Origin: Chiloscyllium plagiosum
Lineage: Eukaryota
Direction of reading: 5' to 3'
DNA: 64,000 nucleotides
NCBI RefSeq assembly: GCF_004010195.1
Contig: NC_057715.1
Span: 18,775,950-18,839,949, forward strand
The position numbers and the translations under genes are program-made. The notes beneath the pieces are model-generated. The model was not told the origin of the DNA. It worked only from the letters and a program-made list of their open reading frames with translations, and did not search any database. Positions 1 through 12,952 of this stretch are shown piece by piece (position 1 is the stretch's first letter; every line of letters begins with the position of its first letter).

Positions 1-396
1 CATTTTTGCTCCTTCACAATCTACAGACCCAGAAAATAACACCGTCTTATTCCTGTACAAACACTGCTCCAGGTTAAATTAATAGCTATGGCTTATGTTT
101 TAAGTTTAATCAAGAGACTTATCTCCAAAAACATATAATCAAGAAAGAATCCACTATACTCACTATTGCAGCCTTTCTCTTGGACAGACTTAAAACAACA
201 ATTAACTTATCTGATTCTGTGCTGTGAACTTTGTCCAACAGTACCTCCAAGATTAGTTGTGAATTTCACTGTTTGTTAATTTTCCCAGATGCACTCCGAT
301 GTCCGACGATACACAAATTCAAACAGCAAAGGCGGTAACTGTGCAGGTTCTCTCTCTCTCTCTCTCTCCTGCACTGGCCTCACCATGTGCTTCCTT
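1..396 (-). mobile_element. Probable 5' UTR of a CR1 LINE, including (TC)10 at 349-368
   Basis: The microsatellite is seen directly. The CR1 5' UTR call rests on recalled resemblance only, with no coding motif. Confidence 0.35.
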
Positions 397-468
397 GAAA
401 TGTTGAATCTCCTGCTTCTCAGATGCTGCTTGATCGGCTGTGCTTTTCCAGCACCACACATTTTGACT
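397..468 (+). mobile_element. Fragment of PLE family A pLTR (3' half of hammerhead plus tail)
   Basis: GAAATGTTGAATCTCCTGCT...GATGCTGC...GTGCTTTTCCAGCACCACAC aligns with 15004-15075. Confidence 0.8.
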
Positions 469-834
469 TTGTGTTCTAAAAGTGGCCTAAATAATGTCTT
501 GTATAGTTGCAACAAGACCTCCCAACTCCTATACTCAATGCACATCTTTGCATCAGGTGGGATTTGACCATTACTGCGCTTCAAGATCCCCCTTAGATTC
601 CTAGAATCTACCGATCTATTGAATAGACTCCATGGCGAAACAGCCAATGACCTCCATGTTAACTGTATAGTAATTTCATGTTTAATTGTGTTTAGATGGG
701 GTACCTCACCAGTGAGTCACTTGTTTTCCTATATAAAGGAGCAGTCAAACTGTTTGTATCCTTTAGAGGTGTATGTTTGTCTCTTTAAATAAGTGTATAA
801 GGACTAACCTTCAGTTCCATCATTCAGCAAATAA

Positions 835-2317
835 AATACCAAAAGAACTACTGTTGCTGGAAATCAGAAACAGAAACAGAAATTGCTGGAAAAGCTCAGC
901 AGGTCTGGCAGCATCTGTGGAGAGAAATCAGAGTTAATGATTTGGGTCCAGTCTTCAGAACTGATGATAGCTAGGATGATACAAAAATTGGTAGAGTTGC
1001 GGATAGTAGGGAGGATTGTCAGAGGAAACAGCAGGATATAGATCAGTTGGAGGTATGGGCAGTAAAATGGCAATGGGCGTTTAATCCAGACAAATGTGAG
1101 GTGATGCATTATGGAAGGTCATGCAGCGGTGGAAATTACACAGTGAATGGCAGAACGCTTAGGAGTATTGATATGCAGAGGGATCTGGAATTGCAGATTC
1201 ACAGATCACTGAACGTAGCATTGCATGTAGATAAGGTAGTAAAAAAGGCCTAGAGCATTCTTGCCTTCATTGGAAGGGGCATTGAGTATAAGGATAGACA
1301 AGCTATGCTGCAGCTTTGTAGAACTTTAGTTAGGCCACAATTGGAATATTGCATGCAGTTCTGGTCACCACACTACCAGAAGGATGTGGATGCTTTGGAG
1401 AGGGTATAGAAAAGGATATGTCTGATATGGGGGATTTTGGCTGTGAAGAAAGGTTGGATAGACTGGGCTTGTTTTCACTGGAATGCAGGAGGTTGAGGGG
1501 TGAACCTGATAAAAACGTATAAGATAATGAATGGCATGAATAGGGTGGAAAGTATGAGGTTTTCTCCCCAGGGTGGAGGGGGTCAATTACTAGCGGACAC
1601 AGGTACAAGGAGCAATGTTGGGAGGGGTCGGTGGTTGGGGGTGGAGTTTAAAAATGTGTGAGGCAAGTTTTTCACTCAAAGGGTGGTGAGTGCCCGGAAC
1701 ACACTGAGGAAGCAGTGGAATCAGACCCAATAAAAGCATCCAAGAAACACCAGGACAAATACATGAATAGGAAGTCTCTCATGCAGAGAGTGGCAGCAGC
1801 CTGGAACGCACTGTCAAAAGAGCAGCTTTGGTGGAAGCTGGCACGTTGGCGAGATTTAAGAAGTGTCTGGTTGGTTACATGAATAGGGAGGGTACAGAGG
1901 GATATGAATTGAATAAGGGCAGAAGGTTTGCTTTTTAGCTTAGTTGGGGCACGATGATTGGTACAGGCTTGCATGGCCAAAAGGCCTGTTCCTCTACGAT
2001 ACTTGCGTCCTATAAGTGAAGACAGTTTTAGTATGGAAGGGCAAAATATGTTGGCGCAGACTTGGTGGGCCGAATGGTCTGTTCCTGTGTTGTATTGCTC
2101 TTTGTCTTATTCTAGGAAAAAGTTGTTTATATGCAGAAGATAGCATAGGGTGAGGGGGGTAAGGAGTAAATGATAGGTAGAGATAGAGCCCAAAGGTGAA
2201 CAGTTGAACAGACAAATGGATGGATAATGGTAAGTCTAGGAGAATGAATATCTGCTAATGGGGACTATTAGTGGCTAACAATGGGTTGTATGCAATAGCA
2301 GACTGTGTGATAACAAA
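835..2317 (-). mobile_element. PLE family E pLTR (835-976 and 2112-2317) split by a CR1 insertion
   Basis: The reverse complement matches 6011-6110 and 39030-39125. CTAGGA is repeated at 971-976 and 2112-2117 around the CR1. Confidence 0.7.
977..2111 (+). mobile_element. 5'-truncated CR1 LINE (RT C-terminus and 3' UTR) containing a second CR1 3' end at about 1780-2000
   Basis: DDTK-like start, WAVKWQWAFNPDKCEVMHYG, LVRPQLEYCMQFWSPHY and WNAL motifs, with frameshifts. Confidence 0.9.
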
Positions 2318-2939
2318 ATTATCACATTTCCTTTTGGTGTCTACCAAACCCCTTTCAAAAAGGCCAACATTTCATGAGCTTTCTTAATTACTTACTTTGC
2401 TTGTGTGTTAACTTTCTGTATTTTTTTCTATGAGGGCATCTAAATCCCATTTAGTTTTTTACCATTTCAAAATATCCTGTTTTTCTGTTATTGCAGGTGA
2501 ATAAGATGATATTTTCATATGCGCCATCTTCTTGCCAAGTCAGTAACCTGCATTCTCAGCAGTCTCATTTTTTTTGTGCCCACATTATATTCTCATATGG
2601 CACTATTATTAGCAAACTGGATATATTGTTCTCTGATACTTCATCTAATTCCTTAAAATAAGTAGCTGAAAACTTAACATGAGGAGAGACAGAAGGAGCC
2701 AGATTAAAATAAAAATGTGAGGAAGGAGAAAGGGAACCATTGCAACATTCAAGTGAGTACAGAAATATGTGGAGAATGTGTGGTTGGAAAAATGGTGCAG
2801 GAGGGAAGGCCTTCAGATTCCTGGGACACTGGGACTAGCTCTGGGGGAGATTGCACCTGTCAAAGGCAGATGGCAAAGAGAGCTGGGACCAATGTTCACT
2901 TTGAGCTGCTCTGTACTCGAAGGATCTACTTAAGGCAAG

Positions 2940-3150
2940 GGGAATTGGTTTAGCTCAGTTGGCTGGATCGTTGACGCTAAAAGCATGGGTTCAATTCCCA
3001 TCACTGGTTTGAAGTTACCATGAAGGACTCTCCTTCTCAACCTCTACACTTGCCTGAGGTCTAGTGGTTCTCAAGTTAAATTGCCACCAGTTGTTTGTCT
3101 CTAATGAGAGAGCAACCCCTATGGTCAGGTAAGACAATGGTGACAACTTA
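2940..3150 (+). mobile_element. tRNA-derived SINE
   Basis: A-box TAGCTCAGTTGG and B-box GGTTCAATTCC are followed by a non-tRNA body. Confidence 0.7.
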
Positions 3151-3460
3151 TGGCAATCAAAGCACTGGCTTCTTGTTCTGGAAGTGACTGGTGCTTGTGG
3201 ATATTGGGGTACACGCAAAAGAGGAAAAAGATTAGCTTGGACTGGGTTCCTTTCTGGGATATTTTGTTAATAATGTTGGGGAAAGTTTGAACTTAATCAG
3301 CAGGAGTGTTGGAAACAGAAGAGAATATTAAAACATAATATCACAGTGAGAGAGACAGGTAGTACTAAAATAAATATTAGTAAGCTAATATGTGGAGATG
3401 AAAGAAGGAAGAAGGTAGTGAAGTCTAAATTAGGGTTATGTTGCCTGTATGTAAATATAT

Positions 3461-3588
3461 GAGGAGAAAGTGAGGTCTGCAGATGCTGGAGATCAGAGCT
3501 GAAAATGTGTTGCTGGAAAAGCGCAGCAGGTCAGGCAGCATCCAGGGAACAGGAGAATCGACGTTTCGGGCATAAGCCCTTCTTCAGG
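3461..3588 (-). mobile_element. Stand-alone ~128-bp family A element (hammerhead plus tail)
   Basis: Flanked by ATGTAAATATAT (3449-3460) and ATGTAAATGTAC (3589-3600). It interrupts the CR1 endonuclease start. Confidence 0.85.
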
Positions 3589-3590
3589 AT
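3557..3590 (-). ncRNA. Minimal type-I hammerhead ribozyme, family A (best-preserved core)
   Basis: Minus strand reads AUC CUGAAGA A GGGC-UUAU-GCCC GAAAC GUC/GAU. Stem I is AUC:GAU and stem III is the palindrome ACGU. Confidence 0.8.
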
Positions 3591-4547
3591 GTAAATGTAC
3601 AATAATATAAGTATTAAGATAAAGGAGTTGCAGGTACAGATAAATAAATGTTTCATTCTTGTGGGATTATGAAGTGGCAATAACAGAGACCTGGGCTGAG
3701 GAAATGCAGGTCTAAGTATTAAATATTCCTGGTTTCAATTTGTTCTGAAAAGGTAGGGAAGGGTAAAAAAGGAGGAAGAGTGGTATTTTTGGCTGAAGAA
3801 AGTATTGCAGTACTGGAGATTCCTCGACAGAATCAATTTGGCTAGAAATACTGATTAAGAAGGGTGCAATAATATTGCTTGTCACAACTTACAGACCAGC
3901 AACTAGTAGGGTGGATGTACAGGAACAAATCTGCAGGAATTTACAAAGAGTTGCAACCATTTGGTTGTAGAGGGGAACTTTAATTACCTGTATCTAGACT
4001 GAGATAATGGTAATGTAAGGGGTAATGAAGGGCAGATGTTCCTAAATTGTGTTCAGGAAATTTTCTATATGAAAGGAGGCACTGGGTCTTGGAATGAAGT
4101 GGGCGAAGTCAAATTAAGCGTTAATGACATGGTATTTTTCAGCCAGGAGAAAGATTTCTAATGGAGTTCTCCTGGGATTAATATGCTTTTGCTTTTCTTG
4201 ATGTACATAAATGATCTAGGTCTTTGTGTACAGCGGACAATTTCAAAGTTTGCAGATGGCAGAAAATGTGGAAAAATCATAAACCATGAGGTAGACAATG
4301 TAAAACTTCAAAAGACATTAACAAGTTAGTTGACTGGACAGATAGGTAGCAGATGATGTTCAATGTGGAGAAATATGAGGGGATACCCTTTGATACAAAT
4401 AATGTGGAGTGACAGTGTGAAATGAAATGTACTATTCTAACGGACATGCATGGGTGTATATGTGTGTAAGTTATTAAAGATGGCAGGAGATTTAACGAGA
4501 ACTGTTAAAAATGACAATCAGTAATGGAGTACAAGGAAAGAAGTGAC

Positions 4548-4831
4548 GCGACACAGTGGATCAGTGGTTAGCACTGCTGCCTCACAGCTCCAGGAATGCG
4601 GGTTCAATTCCTGCCTCGGGCAACTGTCTGTGTAGAGTTTGCATATTCTCCCCGTGTCTGCATGGGTTTCCTCCAGGTATTCCGGTTTCCTCCCACAGTC
4701 CAAAGATGTGCAGTTTAGGTGAATTGGCCATGCTAAATTGCGCATAGCATTAGTCAGGGTAGGTTGTTCTTCGGAGGGTCGGTGTGGACTTGTTGGGCTG
4801 AAGAGCCTGTTTCCACACTGTAGGGAATCTA
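4548..4831 (+). mobile_element. HE1-like V-SINE
   Basis: tRNA head with A and B boxes, V-domain (GTTTGCATATTCTCCCCGTGTCTGC...CCCACAGTCCAAAGATGTGCAG) and CR1-like tail. Confidence 0.9.
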
Positions 4832-5948
4832 ACCAAGAGGAGTGTTATGCTGAATTTATATAGGACACTGGATAACTTACAGCTGGAGTATTGTGTACAG
4901 TTCTTGGTACCACATTTGGAAGAATGGTTCCGGGGATGAGAAACCTCAGTTATGAGGATAGTTTGGAGACTTTGGGACTGGTTTGCTTGAAGAGTAAGAG
5001 GTTGAGTGGAGATTTTAAAGAAGTTTTCAAATTCACGAGGTGTCGGGACACAGAAGATAGGGAGAAATCTGTTCCTGCTTGAACAAGGACCAAGAGTTTG
5101 AGGGCACACTTTCAAGTGGTTTGTATAAGAAACAACTATGAGATGAGAAAAAGAGAGGTTTTACACAGTGAGTGGCTGAGGTTTGCAAGGTACTGCCTGT
5201 AATTGTATTGGAGGTAGGTTCAAAGAAACAGTTTGTAGGTTATGGGGAAATAACAGGACTTTGGCACAAAATCAAAATGCTAAGAGAACGATTGCAAATA
5301 GAGTGGGCCAAATGGCCTGCCTCTTTACTGAAACAATTCTGTGATTCTGATCCTTGTGGCAACTCATAAGTAAGAATCTATCCACCTAAAAATGATTCAG
5401 TTACTCTCTGCTTTCAATCCTTCTATGATTAATTCATGCTACTGTATTGCCACCAACTCCAATGTGCCCTTACTATGACTAACAAGGTTGAGCGTGGCAC
5501 ATTATCAAATGCCTTTACTATTTCAACTTATTAGTTCACCAATGTTGGCTCTGTCTGGTCATAGTATGATTTTTTTCAAGTTCCTTGTTCATACTTAGTG
5601 AATAATAGATTTTACCATTCCTGACAACCGATAGGCTAATTGGCTATGGTTCCTTGTCTTCTTTTGTCTTCTTTTCTTGAATAATGATGTTTTGTTGGCT
5701 AACTTCTAATTTGTTCACACCATTCTTGAATCTGGGGAGTTTCGGAAGCTCACAGCTGCTGCACACATTGTCTTTGTAGCTGCTACTTTCGAATACTGGG
5801 ATGATGGCCATAAGATCCAGTTCCATTTAAATTCTTGATCCATTAATATCTCCAGTACCTTTGCATTTTTAACTATAATAACCTAATTTTCCTTACTATT
5901 TTTGTTAGTTAGCAAATCTTGATCAATGATACATGTCCTTATGTTATT

Positions 5949-6350
5949 GGGGAGGGGATTACCTAGTGGTATTACCTCAAAACTATTAATCTAGAAGTCT
6001 ACATAATGTTCTGAGGAAGGGTCACTGAACCTGAAATATTAACTCTGAGTCTCTTCACAGATGTTGCCAGACCTGCTGAGCTTTTCCAGCAACTTCTGTT
6101 TCCGTTGCTGATAATGTTCTGGGGAGACTTTGAATTTAATGCCAACTGTGGAATTGGGAGTCTAATGATGACCATGAAACTGTTGTTTCATATGGTTCAC
6201 TAATTCCCATCAGGAAAGGGAACTGCATCTTTACCTGTTCTGGCCTTCGTGTGACTCCGAATTCACAACAATGTGGTTGACTCTTAATTTGGGATGGGCA
6301 ATAAATATCAGCTGAGCCAGTGATGCCCATATCCCTTGAATGATTAAAAA
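5949..6350 (+). mobile_element. Short head-plus-tail derivative of the tRNA-headed LINE
   Basis: The 5' part matches 33043-33320. The 3' part GGGATGGGCAATAAAT...GAATGATTAAAAA matches the reverse complement of 34013-34075. Confidence 0.75.
6008..6110 (+). mobile_element. Stand-alone family E element starting with a hammerhead motif (6008-6043)
   Basis: GUU CUGAGGA AGGGUCACUGAACCU GAAA UAUU/AAC. TSD ATAATGTTCTG at 6003-6013 and 6111-6121. Confidence 0.8.
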
Positions 6351-7084
6351 CCTATAGTATTTGTGGGCTATTGATATTTAATTTCCATCATTTAATTTTA
6401 AATTTTGAGACTTTTGTGAATTCAAGACATTTTTAGAAGGACAAATACTAAACTAAGATGGTTGCAATGATCACCTGACCACAGATTGAGGCAAATCTAG
6501 CAGACCCATACAGTGTATACTAAGCTGGCTGAATTTCACTCAAAAACAATGAAATCAGACAAGTAAGTCAGCATGAAGAAATTTGCAATTCCTGCTTAAT
6601 TCATATTTGCTGGATAAGTCCACATATTGGACAATAAAGACTCTTGGCAGGTTATACAGCTGTGAAAAACAATGGATCTAGGCTCTGCCTCCTTCTGTCT
6701 GTTCTCTCTCCACTTCCACAGCCCACTGTTTCTCTTAATCCTTGAAGTCAGTGCCCAGTGAAAGAGAAACTTAGAAGAACAGTCATTCATGGAGAACTCC
6801 ATTTCACTATTGCTGAAGGAAATGTAATCATGGATTCAATTTTTCTTCCAACAGCTCCCAAACTAAGCCTCTAGGATCTTCAAATTGCTTTAACTCTCAT
6901 CTGTCTTTTTGTACTAGACACCTCTTCCACCTCTTTTTAAACTTATGACCAGTGTTATTCTGTGAGTTTGATGTCTTGTTCTTTTTTCTTGAGATTAATA
7001 CGTAGTAAACTTCCAATCTCTAGCTCAAAGAACAAGTTGGTGACTGGTTCCTTCATTTTGTTTAAGGAAACTATGCTTTCATTG

Positions 7085-7190
7085 AAATAATAACAGAAAA
7101 TGTTGGAGAAACTCAGCAGGTCTGGCAATATCAGTGGAGAGTGCAATAGAATTAACATTTCAAGTCTGAGATGACTTCTTTAGAACTGAA
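7085..7190 (-). mobile_element. Degraded family E pLTR fragment
   Basis: GAAACTCAGCAGGTCTGGCA...TTAACATTTCAAGTC...GACTTCTTTAGAACTG, with a decayed hammerhead core. Confidence 0.7.
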
Positions 7191-8139
7191 AGGGACAAGA
7201 GAACAACTGAACCACTGTATATGGTTTATACACTGTCAAAGGACACATGATAAGCCAATACAAAGAATAGACTAAACAGCATAAATTAAAAATCAGTGTC
7301 AATGATGTCCAAAATAGAGAGCCTCACAGGCCCAAGTAACTGTGACAAAGGAATGCTACATCTGTACAACTATAGGTCACTTCCAGAACATATGCCGAAA
7401 TAGGATGCAATTTCAGATCAGTAAAAGTCAAGTACCTAGTTATACAAAAATATTAGAGTAATTGAATTATAAAAGATACAATGTATTCCTTTGAGAAGTT
7501 GCTGATCCAGCTGAGTTACGTTTGGTAGAACCACTTTTACCAATGGACATCTTGTTGAGTGTAAGTCGGATGCTGGAGTGAGTTTTATTGTCTTGTAAGA
7601 TTGATTGCCATGGTTTAACAAACAGAAGGTACGGACTTACCAATCACATTGTCTGTTTTTATCCTGGAAAAAATCACCTGTAAATATGAGGTGATAATTT
7701 TGGAGAAGTAAAAATAAATTGCATTCACAAACAAAAATCATTTTGAAACTCACCAAACCATTTTGAAATAATAATGTCCACATAACGCTCCAATAGCAAA
7801 TAATAGAGAAGAGCTCAGCTAGGCAGGTCAAACGAAGAATACAGACACAAATAGAACCTTTATATCCACTGAACTGGCACAGATTGTATCAGATCTGAAA
7901 GCCCTAATTAAAGGTTGTTAACAGTGGCCTGTGAATAATGGTGACAGATTTAATCAGCATGAGAACAAATTAACTTCTTTCTTCTTGCTGATTTTCTTGC
8001 TTCCTCACTTGCCCTTCTGGAATTGATTAAACTTATGTCAGATCACCTCCAGTTCCTTATCCTTTGTTCACTCATGAGGGTGAAACTTGACATCAAGAAA
8101 AATCAGTTATTCAAATCCAGGTGAATTATATGGGCTGGA

Positions 8140-8530
8140 GTGATCCTTCAGTGAGTGTCAATTGTAACTTTGGGATTCTCAAAGTTTTGGATCCACATCC
8201 TACTTTAGAAATTGAGAGCAAAATCTAAGCTGACACTCTCAGAGTATTGCTGAGGGAGTGCTGCACTGTCTGAAGAGCTGCCTTTCAGATGAGATGTTAA
8301 ACTGAAGTCCCAAGCCCAATCAACTGGCTGTCTCAGATCCCACGGTTCCAGTTCAAAGAAGGGCAAGTGAGTTTTCTTTGACCAATGTTTATTACTCAAA
8401 CAGCCGTTATCATTCTTTTTGAAGCAGTTTGCTGCTGCTGTGTTCCCGTTTGAAACAGGGTGGACACTTTAAAAATACTTAATTGGTTATGAAGTGCAAT
8501 GGTTCATTCTGAACTCGTAAATGATGTGGG
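8140..8530 (+). mobile_element. Deu-domain SINE (SacSINE1/AmnSINE-like)
   Basis: GAGGGAGTGCTGCACTGTC...CTTTCAGATGAGATGTTAAACTGA...GATCCCA...AAGAAGGGCA core. Confidence 0.75.
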
Positions 8531-10129
8531 TTTTTCTTTCACTAACCTGCCATCTACATGCAGTGCTTTTGAGCAGATAAAGAAATAACAATCAGGAGGC
8601 AGGAAACCTGTTTAGTTATTTCCCATCCTTAACATAGGGCGTAGAGAATAAATACAATGCGTCTGTCTCTGACATACTTATCTCAACCCATTGCAAAGAG
8701 AGATTTTCAAGAATATTCAGGGGTGTGTCATATCATTTCTACAGTTTAAAGTAGTTTGTATTTTATATCTACTCATAATCTGAGAGCTTACATTTCAAAC
8801 TTCAGCTATTTAAGAGGGCTGCTCCTCTACTTGTGGTTGCATTTTAGCTCACCTTCCTGATCTAGGAAAGTATGTCAATGGACTGTGCTGCTTCTGGACA
8901 AGGCTGAATTAGCAGGTCCAGAATGAGCAGAGCCCTGTCGTTAGGGGAGCACTCTAGTTGACTACTTTTGTGGCATGGTATTGCCTGTATCTGGGTGGTC
9001 CTGAAGCAGGGCATGATATGCCAATGGGTATGCTGAAGATTGCATTTCATATGTCAATGACAATATCCTAACTAAATTGGTAAGCCCTTCTCTTTGGCTT
9101 ATTGAGTATATAAATCATGTGGGTATGTTTATGGTTCATTGCTCAAATCATTAGGTGTCCAATGGGCACTCAACATATAGTCCATATTTTATAAGAAAAT
9201 ACCTGTGAGGGTGATAGCACATCTACAAACATACCGCAGTGATCATCAGTTAGACATGGAGATCCAAACATTATGTCTGAGGTGGAACACCTTTTCTTTA
9301 GCTTCAGAAAAATGATATCTCATTCTCTGCTTCACCATTGAAATGTATGAAATGAACTGTACATTCAATATGTGAACTTGCTGTTTTGCATAATACACAA
9401 AAAGAATAGACAGATGATTTAAAGTCTAGGTACACATTTAAAGATGTGGTAGTATTACTTGCTATCTTGCTATCCGTCAACCAAATCTCACTGGCACTAA
9501 AAACGAACAATGACAAGTGTGCAGTTTCATTCTTACAGGTTGCAATTGTTGGAGCTTTACAACATGTTTTTGCTTTGCCATTCTCTCACATTTAATCTCA
9601 GCATGCTCTCCCTCATTTTCTTTTTCTGTACTAGGTTTGACATTGAATATACCTATTCTTAATTTTTAGTTTCCTTCAATATGTTGGATAATGTGATAAA
9701 CAGTTATTGCCACCTTCACTCAAGATCCAGATGTCCTTTCGGGAGCATCATGGTGTTTCCATTAGCCATCTCCAGCAATTTTCATTGATGTCAAGTGGGT
9801 GATGGGGAGCCGAACTAATTGACTCATCGTTTGTGATTCTGACACAGGACTTTCCAAGTCATTGACTTTGCATTTTCATTTGGTGATATTGTGCTGTCAA
9901 ATTTGGTGTTCAATTGCTGCAATCATAAAACTCCATCCCAGCTGAGGTTAGCTAATTTAATCTCTGATTAGGGATCAGACCTGCAAAATCTTTTCTCTCT
10001 GCTGTTGAAGAACAGAATAGGCACACCTTTACACTGAAAAGGGGAGGGGATTTACACAAATGTAAGATTTATCATCTTCATACAAAAGACATTGCATGTA
10101 CAGTTTGGGATCCTAAGAGAGCAGTTCAT

Positions 10130-10420
10130 GATTTGGTTTTGGACTCATAAAAAAGATTTGCATTCTATCCCTTGATTTTCATGACTTCAGGATATCACAA
10201 AGCATTTTGCAACCAGTGAGGTACTTTCTGAAGTGAAATTTTTTTTCAATGAGCCAACTCATGAGCCAATGTACACATAGCAATTCCCACAACCAGCAAT
10301 GCATTGATAACTAGGTAACCTGCTTTTTAGTTATCTTGATTGAGGAATAAATATTGGCCACAACGCTCGAGAGAACTCTGTGTTCTTCGTCAAAACAGAG
10401 CCATGGAATCTTTTAGCAAA
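10130..10420 (-). mobile_element. Deu-domain SINE fragment
   Basis: TTGATTGAGGAATAAATATTGGCCA...GAGAACTC...TCTTCGTCAAAACAGAGCCATGGAATCTTTTA. Confidence 0.7.
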
Positions 10421-10654
10421 TAGGGACAAGTGATGGGTAGGCATGGTGCACACCATTCACTTAAAGTTGCCTGCAAGAGCCAGAAATCATTTCGATGATT
10501 GGCTTGAATTTAATTTAACCCAGTGAACCTACTGCAAGATTTGAGAACTGATTGTTCAGGAAAATAAAGAAGTCTGTCTTGGCTTCATTGTTGGATTTAT
10601 TAGTGACCATCTTACATCTGTCACTCTTAGTCACTCGATAGTACAGAATATGCC

Positions 10655-10810
10655 TATTGCTGAAAAAGAGACATGACGTTGAAGTCTTTCATCTTGCACT
10701 CATGATGTAAGAATGCCACATTTTACAGGAAGCAATAATTTATACTGCATGAGAAAAGGATGCTGATTGGTTGGGAAGGAGATTCAATTGGATGAGAAAT
10801 TATTATGAGG
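10655..10810 (-). mobile_element. PLE family D pLTR fragment with decayed hammerhead
   Basis: Minus strand ATGAGTGCAAGATGAAAGACTTCAAC...ATGTCTCTTTTTCAGCAATA aligns with 56710-56836 joined to 58053-58097. Confidence 0.65.
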
Positions 10811-11939
10811 GAAATATTGTCCCTCAGGCTTTTATTCAATCCAAAAAAGGCACCATTCCTTCACAAACTCCTTTACTCCTAATGAAAACAGTTCCTGTTT
10901 ATAAACCTAAATTTGTTGTTGGTGTAGCACTTTAATAAGTGTTGCCCTGTCATGTAATTCCATCTATTATCTCTGTTTTTATCTTAGTAACAATAAGTCT
11001 GAAGCTATATCGAAACTATCCAACGTTTCTCATTTACTTAAACTTTCTTTCAAAGTTTACTTTGTGAGTAGATACCAAAAATTTTCGAAATGTACCCTTT
11101 TCTCCGTTGTCTTCCCAAATAACTGGCAAAACCTTTATCTCTGTGTTCCTAATACACTGAAGGCAGTTCCAAATTTCACCGGATGTTAGCGCAATCCTCG
11201 AATGATATGACCTGCTGTATCATCCTTAGAAGATCTTGACACGATATTAAGCTACAGTTAGAATCCAACACTTGAATGCGAAGCCACAGGGGAAATCTTT
11301 CAGACCCAAAGCATATCATTTGCAGCAAAGAGGCAGGTGTCAGCATCAGTGAAGCAGAGAACAATATAATATATTTAGTATCAGAAATGGAAACAAAATA
11401 CTGTCACTTCACCACTGGGAATGATGAGAGGAAATATCTTCGTCTTCAGCCCTGGAGAATGCTAATTTACTGACAGAATGAAATATGGTTTACCTACACC
11501 AGGTGCAGCCAATATGGGCCCCTGCTTCTGATATTAGTTTTGAATTGATGTCTTTGCTCTGCAGTTGAAGGATGGGAAACAGCTGTAACAGAAGGAGGAG
11601 GTAAAGCTTTTAATTAGAATTTGAAGTGCAGTCAATTCTCCTCATAACTTATTTAGCTTGCAATTTTCAACACTTATCAAGAGAATATTATTCACAGAAC
11701 TTTGAATGGCTATGCTGACACTTTCTTCTCAAGTTTGAGAACAGAAGGTATCTTCTACATGACAAGCTAATTAATCCAGAAGACTTTGTTCAGAGTTTTA
11801 CAAGTGTCCCCCCAGTTTTCCCTTTAATCGAGAAGTAGCTTATCTCACTGTCAGAACATCAATTCTCAAGAGATGTTTTATCAAAAGGAAAGTATGCTGT
11901 AAATATGAAACATTTTAAGCTATCAATCTTGCCCCAGCA

Positions 11940-12230
11940 AAAAGGTTGTTTTCCCTTGTGGCAGAATCGAGGACCAGAGGCCAAAGTCTCAAAGTCTCAT
12001 CCCACTGGGGTATAGGTAAGGAAGAATGTCTTCTCTCAGAGGGTAGTGAATCTGTGGAATTCTTTATCCCAGAGGGCTGTAAAGACTGGGTTATTGCTGA
12101 GATAGATTTTTAATCAGTAAGTTATTCAATGGTAATGGGAAAATGTAAAATGGAATTGAGGATGATCACATCCGCCATGATCTCATTGAATGGCTGAACA
12201 GACTGGATGGCCTAGTTCTGTTCCTACATC
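11940..12230 (+). mobile_element. CR1 3' fragment
   Basis: FSQRVVNLWNSL motif followed by 3' UTR. Confidence 0.8.
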
Positions 12231-12492
12231 ACTGGATGAGTGCTTCCGATGCCCAGATTAATGCTCTGGGGATAAAAACAGGAAGTGTGGGAAGTACTGG
12301 AAGCATATGTGGAGACAGAAGCAAAGTTAGGTTTTGGGTATGGGTACATGTGTTCACACCCCACTATGATTGCCAGTGGAATATTTTATAAAAATCCAAA
12401 TTAACTAATCTTATTTTTGTGAAGTTATTGCATAAATGCAATGCGAATTATATTATGTCATGTTGGAAAAAAAACAATAAAAATTCAATGGA

Positions 12493-12952
12493 TTACATCA
12501 GACAAACTAGCAGGAAACTTGCCACCAGGATAAATGAACACCAACTAGCCAGCAAAAGACATGACCGGCTATCACTAGTTTCTATACATACAGATGAAGA
12601 AGGACACCACTTTGACTGGGACAACACACACATCCAAGGACAGGTGAAACAAAGACATGCACAAGAATTCTTCCAGGCATGGCATTCTAACCAGAACTCC
12701 ATCAAAAAACACATTGATTTAGACTCTATCTACCTTCCCTTGAGAAAAAAGAGCCGGAAATGATATCACCAACCTTAAGAAACCAAAGCCTATAAATAGA
12801 GAGGTGGGACATACCACCAGCATCACTGGAAACTCTCACTGATGATGTTACCTAGTATGATGACGAAATGTCTGAAAACAAATCTTCGAGCTCAGTGAGC
12901 TAATTTACATACTTATCATCAACATGAGCTACAAATATTCTCAAAAATCGTT
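12493..12952 (+). mobile_element. PLE family B: GIY-YIG endonuclease C-terminus and pLTR
   Basis: YIRQTSRKLATRINEH...HHFDWD...QEFFQAWHS. Possible degenerate TSD AATTCA(A)TGGA at 12482 and 12953. Confidence 0.9.
12836..12875 (+). ncRNA. Minimal type-I hammerhead motif, family B
   Basis: UCA CUGAUGA UGUUACCUAGUAUGAUGAC GAAA UGUC/UGA, with stem I UCA:UGA. Confidence 0.75.

Larger units (their letters stand above)
2720..5350 (+). mobile_element. Highly degraded, internally deleted CR1 LINE (ORF1 end, endonuclease, RT, 3' UTR) hosting younger insertions
   Basis: CLYVN endonuclease start near 3443, GNFNY near 3973, KFAD near 4246 and LEYCVQF near 4883. Confidence 0.75.

Noticed and set aside
645-830. 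Possible decayed LTR or promoter (TATATAAAG near 730)
   Set aside because: I could not define termini or a TSD.
2940-3005. tRNA gene (also at the other SINE heads)
   Set aside because: Only A and B boxes are present, with no complete cloverleaf, and the sequence continues into a SINE body.
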